From a virus, in IMG/VR virus record IMGVR_UViG_3300045806_000063, positions 1 through 64,000 of that record: 64,000 bases of DNA. The stretch is one strand, 5' to 3'. Position numbers and translations under genes: made by a program. Below, piece after piece: positions 1 to 8,374 of the stretch (its first letter is position 1; each line of letters opens with the position of its first letter). The notes under the pieces were generated by a model. The model was not told where the DNA came from. It did no database searches and worked only from the letters and a program-made list of their open reading frames with translations.

Positions 1-3
1 GTA

Positions 4-37
4 ATTACTCCTTCCTCGATATCGAGGAAGGAGTAAT
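4..37. repeat. perfect 34-nt palindrome (putative terminator)
   Basis: attactccttcctcgat|atcgaggaaggagtaat. Confidence 0.9.
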
Positions 38-70
38 GATGTATTCTTTATTTTTTTTTCTTTTAAATCG

Positions 71-90
71 AAAACATATATTATCTGAGT
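71..90 (+). promoter_or_regulatory. early-type promoter core AAACATATATTATCT
   Basis: Same core at 31958 and 43646 and in the six repeats. Confidence 0.55.
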
Positions 91-112
91 GATAGTCCGT
101 AGTTAAATTTAT

Positions 113-709
113 TTGGAGAGGTTTATGATATTAGGTGAAAATTTTGCATTAGAGAACAATGTTCTAGTTTGTACAGATTATGGGAGAAATAGGGTTCTTG
201 AGATATTTAAGAGTGACACTTCTCAGTGGGTGATCAGTAAGTATAAGGGCAATATCCGTGGCATAGGTCGTAATGAAGATACTGTTAACATTATGAGACC
301 TACTGATTATGGCAACCCATACTCTATGGTACGGTTACAGGACGCGCCTCGTGATGAAGAATATAGTAGTAAAGAGGAAAGGGAGAAATGTATAGTTAAA
401 CACCTTTTAACTACACTGGGTAATCCTGAATTCATTGACAGAGTATACAATAGACTACAAGGTAGACCGCTGCAATGCTGTTGTGCCCCAAGGGGATGCC
501 ATGGAGATATACTAGCTTTTATAGCTAATGACTTCCCAGGATTTATGCTTCAGTTTGAAGAATTTATTGAGTTCCTCATTTATCAATCGCGGCATCATAA
601 TTTTAGTGTGGTAGATTCAGATTTAAAATATAAGATATGGAATAGCTATACCAGCCTTTCTAACAAATACCCTCTGCTCAGAATTTCTAATACACTGAGG
701 AATCGTTAA
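113..709 (+). CDS. DUF4326-like protein
   Basis: RPTDYGNPY and L.G..L.CCCAP..CHGDIL motifs; TTG start. Confidence 0.7.
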   Translation: MERFMILGENFALENNVLVCTDYGRNRVLEIFKSDTSQWVISKYKGNIRGIGRNEDTVNIMRPTDYGNPYSMVRLQDAPRDEEYSSKEEREKCIVKHLLTTLGNPEFIDRVYNRLQGRPLQCCCAPRGCHGDILAFIANDFPGFMLQFEEFIEFLIYQSRHHNFSVVDSDLKYKIWNSYTSLSNKYPLLRISNTLRNR

Positions 710-1143
710 TGTGTAAATCATGGAAAGTAAAGATAACGGTATCTGGGTTAGGTATAGTCTTATCCGCTTTATTCATTTATGGATATTTCCATTTGGGATA
801 TATTTGGTACCAGTGGGATACTGATGTTAGCCACTTGGTTCCAAGATGGTTTAAAGGATTAGTCTTGATCTGGGTTTTGGCAATTATATTTTTCATAGGA
901 GGACGTGTGATGACTGAAGAGTCTAAACCGAGAGTTGTATCGTTAGGAGATACCGGTGTATTCTTGTGTCATTGCTGCAAGGTTAATAAGAGTGCTACAT
1001 TCTCAGATGTATATCTTCCCCATGTACACCGTAGGGTGATTGTTGGAATATGTGATAGTTGCGATTCCGTTATAACCATTCCAGAGCAGTCCAATCCGGA
1101 TATTATAGAATATTTAAGTTGTAAAATTAAAACAGGAATATGA
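709..1143 (+). CDS. membrane protein with C-terminal Cys cluster
   Basis: Two hydrophobic segments; CHCC...CDSC; TAATG overlap with upstream ORF. Confidence 0.6.
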   Translation: MCKSWKVKITVSGLGIVLSALFIYGYFHLGYIWYQWDTDVSHLVPRWFKGLVLIWVLAIIFFIGGRVMTEESKPRVVSLGDTGVFLCHCCKVNKSATFSDVYLPHVHRRVIVGICDSCDSVITIPEQSNPDIIEYLSCKIKTGI

Positions 1144-1583
1144 TAATGATAAGAATAATAGCCGCAATTCTACTCTACATGACAGAAGGTTTTCTGCTTA
1201 GTGAGCTATCTTCACACTACAGTCATTTGGATGTCGCTGCAATTCTTTTGATGGGTATGGTTTGGATAAATGAAATACTCATTGTCTGGCCTACTACACC
1301 TACTCCGCTGGTACGGCTCTTTAATTGTGATCGTCTGGTATGGCTCTTTAATATCGCAGGCGTTATACTTTTGTATCATTTTTATAATATTGGAGCAGTG
1401 ACACTTTACACATTACAAATCCATCGTAATCACACTGATGTAATCTTCAGTTTTGCACAGCATCCTGGTTTATATACAGTGATATATACATTTACATTCA
1501 TGGGCTTTATTATTATGGTGAAAGAAATAACTAAAGAATGGAGACTAACTAAGAGTATTCAAAAATGGTTCTCCTCTTTGTAA
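1140..1583 (+). CDS. multi-pass membrane protein
   Basis: About 4 hydrophobic segments; ATGA overlap. Confidence 0.6.
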   Translation: MIMIRIIAAILLYMTEGFLLSELSSHYSHLDVAAILLMGMVWINEILIVWPTTPTPLVRLFNCDRLVWLFNIAGVILLYHFYNIGAVTLYTLQIHRNHTDVIFSFAQHPGLYTVIYTFTFMGFIIMVKEITKEWRLTKSIQKWFSSL

Positions 1584-1807
1584 GACTTGACATTATGATG
1601 ATCTGGTTATTTGTCTGGGGTAAGTATGTAATGCCTTCTGCTTTAACTTTCACTGAGACAATGCTAGATCGTTATGTATGTTTTCACGCCTATGCAAGTG
1701 AGTTACGCTTTCTTGTAATATTTTCTATAATATTCTACACCTGCGTTTTTACGTATGGGTTAGATAAGTTTTTAACTGGAGTAATAATTGGAAGTAATAA
1801 AAGGTAG
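1565..1807 (+). CDS. small membrane protein (start may be 1595)
   Basis: Hydrophobic ORF within operon. Confidence 0.5.
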   Translation: MVLLFVRLDIMMIWLFVWGKYVMPSALTFTETMLDRYVCFHAYASELRFLVIFSIIFYTCVFTYGLDKFLTGVIIGSNKR

Positions 1808-1808
1808 T

Positions 1809-1958
1809 ATGTATAAGAATGTACAACATGGTACTAATGTTATAGTGACTAATGTTAATGGTAATCAGGTAGCATACCGGGTACTAGGAATAGGAACTAT
1901 TACCAAAGTACCAGTGCAGTATTTTAAACAAAACTTTAAACAAGAGGGTCAGGTATGA
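1809..1958 (+). CDS. 49-aa hypothetical protein (not in ORF track)
   Basis: Manual translation MYKNVQHGTN...KQEGQV*; AAGG upstream; fills the gap; ATGA overlap with next gene. Confidence 0.55.
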   Translation: MYKNVQHGTNVIVTNVNGNQVAYRVLGIGTITKVPVQYFKQNFKQEGQV

Positions 1959-2614
1959 ATGAAATAAATTTATTTGATTTAGGTATCAGTGTACGTGTGT
2001 TAAGTTACGTTCTCGTCCTTGGCGGCGTATTCATACTCCTCGGCTTGGTATTGATACGTAATGTGCGTACAGAAAAAGAATTAGTGGAACTTCAACAGAG
2101 GTTTGATGAATTGGATATAGATCATCAACTAACGATCAAGGAAGTAAATAGCCTGCGAAGTGAAGACCATAGAAAATCGACAATATACGACCGACAGGTT
2201 GCATTGTTTACTCGGCAAAATCAACAGCTTCTGGATGATTTAACTAAACAAAGAAGTGTGTTAAATCATAGTGACGAGTATAAAAATGTCTCGTATTCTA
2301 TACTCTTTAATTTCTTTACGGATATGAAGGAATTACTCTGGGCAGGTGCTCTTGATGTAGCACTTCATCAACCGGATAGATACTTGGATACGGTCACCAA
2401 GTTATTCAATTTAAAAGCTCTCTATGAGAATACCGCATTAAAACTTCGTGATGAATTACGAGGTTCTGATATCCCTAAAATTAACATCATTGGAGAAGTG
2501 GCAGAAACTGGTGAATTATCAACAGCAGACAAGGAAGCCATGCTGCGAAACCTTTTAATCAGTAAACCAGTGTATGGTAAACTGCATCTGACAAATCCGT
2601 CTGACGAGGATTAA
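1955..2614 (+). CDS. membrane-anchored coiled-coil protein
   Basis: N-terminal TM then heptad-rich region; GAGG RBS. Confidence 0.65.
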   Translation: MNEINLFDLGISVRVLSYVLVLGGVFILLGLVLIRNVRTEKELVELQQRFDELDIDHQLTIKEVNSLRSEDHRKSTIYDRQVALFTRQNQQLLDDLTKQRSVLNHSDEYKNVSYSILFNFFTDMKELLWAGALDVALHQPDRYLDTVTKLFNLKALYENTALKLRDELRGSDIPKINIIGEVAETGELSTADKEAMLRNLLISKPVYGKLHLTNPSDED

Positions 2615-2617
2615 GTT

Positions 2618-2950
2618 ATGGAATACTATTACGTAATTGAGGTAAGTATTGCATTAGTTGTGTTCCTTTTAGCTTATGTGATCTACCAATGCTCTATCAA
2701 GGTAAGAAGACTTGAGAAAAGAACGGATCACCTCCGTAACCATGTCAATGAGTTAATAAAGCAGAACAACTACTACTCTGACATAGTAGCTAGATTCGAC
2801 CAGTTTATGAAGGAGACGGATACTGAGATAAGAGAATTAAAGAAACAGGTTTTGCAATTGGATGTAAAATCTTTTCATTTCTTATCTAGGCTTGATGAAA
2901 TTATTTTACCATTCAAGAATATGTGCGACCGCATAAAGCCTAAAAAATAA
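2618..2950 (+). CDS. membrane-anchored coiled-coil protein
   Basis: N-terminal TM plus coiled coil; GAGG RBS. Confidence 0.65.
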   Translation: MEYYYVIEVSIALVVFLLAYVIYQCSIKVRRLEKRTDHLRNHVNELIKQNNYYSDIVARFDQFMKETDTEIRELKKQVLQLDVKSFHFLSRLDEIILPFKNMCDRIKPKK

Positions 2951-2956
2951 ACCCTT

Positions 2957-2992
2957 GGTATCTTACCGCGCCATATGGCGCGGTAAGATACC
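2957..2992. repeat. perfect 36-nt palindrome between convergent genes
   Basis: ggtatcttaccgcgccat|atgg... Confidence 0.9.
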
Positions 2993-3000
2993 TTTAGTCA

Positions 3001-4683
3001 TTAAAGCCCTTTTTCTTTTATGAAGTCGGCTAAGTATACATCTAACTTTTCCATTCCAAAACAACTTGCTGCTAAGGATAGAGGGTTAGATATAACTGAA
3101 GTTATGTTAATCCCAAACTCTCTAGTCTCAAATTCAGACATTCCATCTACTAAGCATAATACAAATAGATTTGTTGCTTTTGATACATTCCCCCATATAC
3201 CACCTGAAGGATAAGCACTAGTTAAGTCCTCATCGTAGGCGTATATCGATATGTTTGTGGGCATATCTGGATACTCTTTGAGTACACACAGACCTAATCC
3301 AATCTCTAGCTCTGCGGCCAATGTGACTATCCATCCTTCAGTACTAGGTATGAACTTATCTAAGTCAGTACGCATATTTCTTGAGGTACTACCAATGACC
3401 TTACTGTCTTCTAACATAATGAAATGAAAGTCGGTTGCTAACCTTCTAGGGTTTGATTTAAATTTATCAAAACTAGATGTGTCAGCTTGAGGTCTTATCG
3501 CTTGGGTTATATCTTTAGTCTTTTCTTCTAGCATTAGAGGATAAATGCCATCACCAAACAGATAGACCATATATAAGAGCTTATGCGTTTTCTGCATTAT
3601 CTGATGCCAGAGTCTACCAGTTATCTCTTTAGGTATCTCATCAAAATGCATCTTCCCTAAATCTAAAAACTCATGTAAGATAGCGTCTAAACCATAGCTG
3701 TTCCTTTGCTGCTCACGAGCTCTCATAACTCTGAAGGTAGACATCTGACATAGAAAGTAAAAACTAGCAGGACAATATGCCGTATGCCATCTTTCTGATG
3801 GAGACCGTAACATTCTTTCCCCATTCGATTTCTCTTTAAACCCAGCCTGTCTACGCCATTCGAAATATTTATACTCATCTGGAACAGATGGATCACTAAA
3901 GACATAAGCAGGATCTATGCCTTCTCTATCTAAAGCTTCAATCATTTTATCCATGTCGGCTTCAATATTCCAACATGCTACAAAGTCTGGCTTATGAGAA
4001 TGTAGAGTCTTCATTAAACCAATGATTATCTTCGCTGGACTATCATGGATAGTTAAAGTAAGTTCAATGTTTCTATCTTTTACTAGCTTCCCTAACTTGA
4101 GATTAATTAACTCTCTTACCCTTTCACATGCAGTATCAGCAAGTTCACCTAACCATTTACGACTCATGGCTATATGAACTATATTCTCCATTGATACTAT
4201 CCCTGCAAGGATATCTTCCTTAGGGTTATTCATATCCCATTCAAAGTCTAGAATAGCTATAGTGCTTGTGGTGAAAATCTTACCGTACTTATCAACATAC
4301 TCCTGTTTTAACAGGTCGTTGGAAGTAATATCACTTCCGTATACAAATGGACTTGAATTTACATCAGATAAACCAAAGTCTCTTTTAGGGTTATAGCCGT
4401 TAAGTTCTTTAAATATATTCTGCGCTAACATCCGTTGAGTTGATGTTCGCTTAAACAGTTTATCTATATCTTCGTATTCGCGTTTATCTTTATGGATTTG
4501 ATATTCTGGCTTAGTTATCCAGAATGGTCTTTTATAGTTTTCTACAATTGACAGAGTTCTAATTGATGGTTTGTTTTCTTCATGTATAATCTCTTTGACT
4601 ATTAATGCATCTTTAGATTTATCATACTTTGATTTTACATACGTTGAGAAAACATATTCTCTTTTAATAGCAGGAGTTATCAT
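3001..4683 (-). CDS. split family B DNA polymerase, exonuclease + motif A subunit (phiKZ gp82-like)
   Basis: ExoI ILDFEWD, ExoII WNIEADM, ExoIII YLFGD, motif A DLTSAYPS near C-terminus; no motifs B/C. Confidence 0.85.
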   Translation of the reverse strand: MITPAIKREYVFSTYVKSKYDKSKDALIVKEIIHEENKPSIRTLSIVENYKRPFWITKPEYQIHKDKREYEDIDKLFKRTSTQRMLAQNIFKELNGYNPKRDFGLSDVNSSPFVYGSDITSNDLLKQEYVDKYGKIFTTSTIAILDFEWDMNNPKEDILAGIVSMENIVHIAMSRKWLGELADTACERVRELINLKLGKLVKDRNIELTLTIHDSPAKIIIGLMKTLHSHKPDFVACWNIEADMDKMIEALDREGIDPAYVFSDPSVPDEYKYFEWRRQAGFKEKSNGERMLRSPSERWHTAYCPASFYFLCQMSTFRVMRAREQQRNSYGLDAILHEFLDLGKMHFDEIPKEITGRLWHQIMQKTHKLLYMVYLFGDGIYPLMLEEKTKDITQAIRPQADTSSFDKFKSNPRRLATDFHFIMLEDSKVIGSTSRNMRTDLDKFIPSTEGWIVTLAAELEIGLGLCVLKEYPDMPTNISIYAYDEDLTSAYPSGGIWGNVSKATNLFVLCLVDGMSEFETREFGINITSVISNPLSLAASCFGMEKLDVYLADFIKEKGL

Positions 4684-4730
4684 AGGTTATCCTTTAAGGA
4701 GTCAAACGATAGTCGGTAACCGTGTAATAA

Positions 4731-4813
4731 TATTCAAATAATTTTCAAACATACATTATCTAGATGAGATTACTAAATAGTGATTCTTAAGTAGTCATTC
4801 TTTTAATGACAAA
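4731..4813 (+). promoter_or_regulatory. conserved promoter + double-hairpin leader, copy 1
   Basis: TTCAAATAATTTTCA..ATC-TAGATGAGATTACTAAAT..CTTAAGT.GTCATTCTTTTAAT. Confidence 0.8.
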
Positions 4814-4830
4814 TTTGTTAGGAGACGGAA

Positions 4831-5259
4831 ATGAACACAGATCGTAGCACGTCCGCAGTTGTTGGTCAGATCGTCAGTCAGATTGATCTGACCTCATCGG
4901 TGTCAATCTCAGAGCAAGTCGATGCTCTGATTACGGCACAAAGTCCGGCCAAGCTAATGGGTGGTATGATCATGGAGAGCATCAAACCATCTCCGTCATG
5001 GGCAGGAAAGAATGTTCTCTGCCAGGGAGACTGGCCTCTAACAGCCACTCACGCCGTGAGTTGTGTGAGCTACAACCGCGCATTCGGTAATAGGGAATAT
5101 GGCCCGGATGTAACGTTCTTTAACTCTGAGGAGGAGTTAGAGGAATGGATGGTTGAGACTGCTCAATGGCGGGCAGACGGAGACTGGGAAGTCTCCGTGC
5201 ACGCAACGGTCTACGAGTGGGATCTCGGCCCCCGCCCACTGGGGACGCGCTACCCGTAG
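4831..5259 (+). CDS. hypothetical protein, cassette 1
   Basis: AGGAG RBS; follows repeat copy 1; visibly more GC-rich than flanks. Confidence 0.7.
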   Translation: MNTDRSTSAVVGQIVSQIDLTSSVSISEQVDALITAQSPAKLMGGMIMESIKPSPSWAGKNVLCQGDWPLTATHAVSCVSYNRAFGNREYGPDVTFFNSEEELEEWMVETAQWRADGDWEVSVHATVYEWDLGPRPLGTRYP

Positions 5260-5336
5260 TCTATAAAAAATAACAGCTTCCACAGTGTTATTTTTTTTTT
5301 ACATTTTATGTTTATTTAATTTGTTAAGGAAATAAC

Positions 5337-5864
5337 ATGCCGTCCAAATCATTAAAGCAGCATAAGTATATGGAGTTTGTAGCCTATGGCAAGGAGAATG
5401 CCACAGAGGCAGAGAAAGCTATGGCTAAAGAGTTCCTAGATGCCGATAAAGCCGCAGGAAGATACCAACTAGGTTATGCGGGGATTGTGGCTATGATAGT
5501 AGAGGAGGATAGTAAGATAGTCCTCCTATGGCATAATAAGGCCGACTGCTGGACATTCCCTACTGGTAAGATTGAGGATGATGAAGCTGACTATGAAGCA
5601 GTAGAACGTGAAGGTAAGGAAGAGCTAGGCATAGAAGTTAAAGGTACTAAAATGCTAGGGTCTATAACTATTGAAGTTAAACCCCATGACAACCTTACGT
5701 TTCATGTATATAAAGTTACCAGTTATAATGAAGAAGTAAAGAATAAAGAGCCTCATAAACACGCAAGGCTCAAAAAGGTGACTAAGGTAGAGTTGAAAGC
5801 TATGGCTAAACAAGACACTGCTTCAGAACTAATTAAACAAGCAATAGAAAAAGGATACCTGTAA
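5337..5864 (+). CDS. Nudix hydrolase with N-terminal MPSKS..KQH..M module
   Basis: Nudix box GKIEDDEADYEAVEREGKEELGI. Confidence 0.85.
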   Translation: MPSKSLKQHKYMEFVAYGKENATEAEKAMAKEFLDADKAAGRYQLGYAGIVAMIVEEDSKIVLLWHNKADCWTFPTGKIEDDEADYEAVEREGKEELGIEVKGTKMLGSITIEVKPHDNLTFHVYKVTSYNEEVKNKEPHKHARLKKVTKVELKAMAKQDTASELIKQAIEKGYL

Positions 5865-7114
5865 TGTTAGAGTTTAGCATAGGTAATGAAAGTATTGATC
5901 ATCAGATAAATTCTAAATTAGGACCACGACTTGAAGAAGCGATTAGAGAACTTAAAACATCATCTGTTGTATCTGAAACAAAGTTAAATGAATCCCCATT
6001 AGCCAAGGTCATTAAAGAAGAACTCGGGCTCATTGTGGAATTTGTTGCAGATGAGGGATTAGGTGCATGGGTACTAGTTCCAGATCTAAACCATAATAAT
6101 GTTTTAATGAATAAATTTCGTAAGCAATACTTCAAAGATGCAGATAGTTTAGCATTGTTAGAAACAGCAGACTTCCTAGAAGGAACAATAGATCTTAGAA
6201 CTGGTAAAGTGAGTGGTGATTTCGCTAAGGTTAAATCGACTATCGGCCTTGGAAATGAGGTAATAGGTAAAGCTTCAATTTTTACAGTACCTGAAATAAC
6301 TGGTATCCTGTTACATGAAATTGGACATATCGATACATACCTTGAATTACTTGGTAGATTCATAAAAACCAGTAATCTTCTCGATGATGCAGTCAGCAGA
6401 CTGCTTAAAGCCACAACAAAAGAACAGCGTACTGTGATTTTATCTGAAGTAGAAAAAGCTACCAAAACTACCATAGATAAGAAAGATGAGATAGCAGAAA
6501 AAGCAAGGACTGCAGAAGCTTACGCTGTAGTTATTTTAAGTCAAGCTATCAAACAGTCAAAACAAGAACTGGATGTGAATATCTATGATGCCAGAACATG
6601 GGAGCAGTTAGCTGATCAGTTTGCTGCAAGGTATGGTTATGCGGTTCCGTTAGTTACTGGATTAGATAAAATACATAGACTCTACGGGAGTCATCAATAC
6701 CGCTCACCAGGTTGGAATATTTTTTGTGAAATATTTAAACTATTAGGTTTCATTCTTATGGGTCTGTCTAGTTACGGACTTCAGTGGATAGTAATACTAC
6801 TGGCAATAGGTAATCCTATAGCCGAAATGTATGACCCTCCTAAAGATAGATTCAGAAAGATTAAGCAACAGCTTAATGATGCCCTTAAAGATAAGGATTT
6901 ACCAGCTGCTGTGAGACAAAAGCACTTAGATGATTTTAAAATCATCACTGAAGTTATGGATAAAATGTATGATAACGAAACTGTTTATAATTTCATATGG
7001 AGCACCTTATTCCCTTGGGGTAGAAAACAGGCTAAGTCAGTTAGAGAGTTTCAGGAAACTGAAGCACTCTTGAATAATGATCTTTTTGCAGCAGCAGCTT
7101 TAGTAACCGTATAA
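5864..7114 (+). CDS. virion protein with zincin HExxH motif
   Basis: LLHEIGH and EQLAD; N-terminal GNES resembles prohead-protease site; phiKZ-like synteny. Confidence 0.65.
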   Translation: MLEFSIGNESIDHQINSKLGPRLEEAIRELKTSSVVSETKLNESPLAKVIKEELGLIVEFVADEGLGAWVLVPDLNHNNVLMNKFRKQYFKDADSLALLETADFLEGTIDLRTGKVSGDFAKVKSTIGLGNEVIGKASIFTVPEITGILLHEIGHIDTYLELLGRFIKTSNLLDDAVSRLLKATTKEQRTVILSEVEKATKTTIDKKDEIAEKARTAEAYAVVILSQAIKQSKQELDVNIYDARTWEQLADQFAARYGYAVPLVTGLDKIHRLYGSHQYRSPGWNIFCEIFKLLGFILMGLSSYGLQWIVILLAIGNPIAEMYDPPKDRFRKIKQQLNDALKDKDLPAAVRQKHLDDFKIITEVMDKMYDNETVYNFIWSTLFPWGRKQAKSVREFQETEALLNNDLFAAAALVTV

Positions 7115-7182
7115 GTTAGTTGCGCATGAGGTATATTTTATTTAATTGACTTAATCAATCATTTGAGTGAAAGAAAAAACAA

Positions 7183-7259
7183 GGGCCTTTAGCTCAGCTG
7201 GTTAGAGCTTCCGACTCATAATCGGCAGGTCGTAGGTTCAAGTCCTACAAGGCCCACCA
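7183..7259 (+). tRNA. tRNA with CAT anticodon, likely Ile2 (lysidine) rather than Met
   Basis: Cloverleaf GGGCCTT/AAGGCCC, loop CT-CAT-AA, GTTCAAG T-loop, encoded CCA; C4:G69 and C5:G68 match TilS determinants. Confidence 0.85.
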
Positions 7260-7267
7260 GTATACAA

Positions 7268-7352
7268 CTGGATGTGATGAAATAGGTAGACATTCGAGAC
7301 TTAAAATCTCGTGGCGCAAGCCGTGCTGGTTCGATTCCAGTCATCCAGACCA
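7268..7352 (+). tRNA. tRNA-Leu(TAA)
   Basis: CTGGATG/CATCCAG acceptor, CGAGA-CTTAAAA-TCTCG anticodon arm, long variable arm, CCA. Confidence 0.9.
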
Positions 7353-7361
7353 ATTAGAAGA

Positions 7362-7398
7362 TTACACCCAGAGCACCTTTAAGGTGCTCTGGGTGTAA
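7362..7398. repeat. palindrome, 18-bp arms, 1-nt spacer
   Basis: ...cacctt t aaggtg... Confidence 0.9.
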
Positions 7399-7428
7399 CT
7401 CTACCGTCAGTTCATTTTAATTAATAGA

Positions 7429-7508
7429 TTCAAATAATTTTCAAACATACATTATCTAGATGAGATTACTAAATGGTTTTCTTAAGTGGTCATTCTTTTA
7501 ATGACAAA
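7429..7508 (+). promoter_or_regulatory. conserved promoter + leader, copy 2
   Basis: Near-identical to copy 1. Confidence 0.8.
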
Positions 7509-7527
7509 GTTGATAGAGGATAAGATT

Positions 7528-8256
7528 ATGAGAAACAATAAAATGAAAAAATTAATAAAGTATATGACATCTGCCATGGCAGATGAGTCGGTTAAGGCTG
7601 AAGCAGTGGAAGCTGCTAAAGCCGTGGAAACCATGGAAGACCTAACTGGCCAGGCTGTAGCTGGTCTTTTGCTCATCTTGAAGGAGGATGTACAAAAGAT
7701 TAAAGTTAAGGTATCCGTGAGGGAGGTGGTACGGATAGCTATGAAGATCGCGGCTATCCAGCCCACTTGGACGCCTGACCTCCAACAGAAAGTAGGAGAG
7801 GTCTTGAGTGGAGTATTTGATGATTCCCTGGCAGAGCGGTTAGGGAGTTATGCGAACGGAGGTACTAATGTACAAGCAACCCTAATGGGTCTGTACGATA
7901 GAATTCTGAAAGACCTGGAAGGAACTATCCCTGATAAGCTCCACGATGGACTGACTGAAGTTAAACCATATCTCATCCCAGCGCTAGTTGCTGCGGATGA
8001 GATAATCACAGAGAACCCAAAAGTGTTAGCAATTCTTTTGGAGAAGTTACAGGCTCCAAAGGTTAAGCCTAAATCTAAACAGTCGGGACTATTCTCACGC
8101 TCCACCCGAACATCCACCTCAGTAGACATCTTCGGTGATGATGAGGATGGTGAGGATGAGCACACTGTAACTAACAAAGGGAGAGGGAAAAACCCCTATG
8201 AGGGTTCAATAAATGGGGCCGGTATCGTATGGGATTTTTACGGTAGACCGGATTAA
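7528..8256 (+). CDS. hypothetical protein with acidic C-terminus, cassette 2
   Basis: ATG after GAGGA RBS in repeat copy 2; track start 7486 lies inside the repeat. Confidence 0.7.
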   Translation: MRNNKMKKLIKYMTSAMADESVKAEAVEAAKAVETMEDLTGQAVAGLLLILKEDVQKIKVKVSVREVVRIAMKIAAIQPTWTPDLQQKVGEVLSGVFDDSLAERLGSYANGGTNVQATLMGLYDRILKDLEGTIPDKLHDGLTEVKPYLIPALVAADEIITENPKVLAILLEKLQAPKVKPKSKQSGLFSRSTRTSTSVDIFGDDEDGEDEHTVTNKGRGKNPYEGSINGAGIVWDFYGRPD

Positions 8257-8268
8257 GTTGAAATGAAA

Positions 8269-8304
8269 TAGATAGCCACAGTGATAAGTCACTGTGGCTA
8301 TCTA
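8269..8304. repeat. palindrome, 16-bp arms, TAAG spacer
   Basis: tagatagccacagtga taag tcac... Confidence 0.9.
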
Positions 8305-8374
8305 CCTTTACTTTCTATTTCTTATTTTTTTTGTTTTGAATCTTATGTTTAAATTCATCTTAGGGGATAGGGTA

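Noticed and set aside
7268-7352. tRNA with TAA anticodon as an ochre suppressor explaining the in-frame stops
   Set aside because: Anticodon UAA reads UUA (Leu); an ochre suppressor needs anticodon UUA.
7486-7527. Shared N-terminus MTKLIEDKIM in ORFs 7486, 31253 and 36288
   Set aside because: It is a translation of the leader. That ATG sits in hairpin 2, has no SD and is out of frame in copy 1, and the GAGGA RBS points to the later ATG.
8294-8374. GTG start at 8294
   Set aside because: It lies inside the 8269-8304 palindrome and the extension is just the T-tract; ATG 8375 has an upstream purine run.
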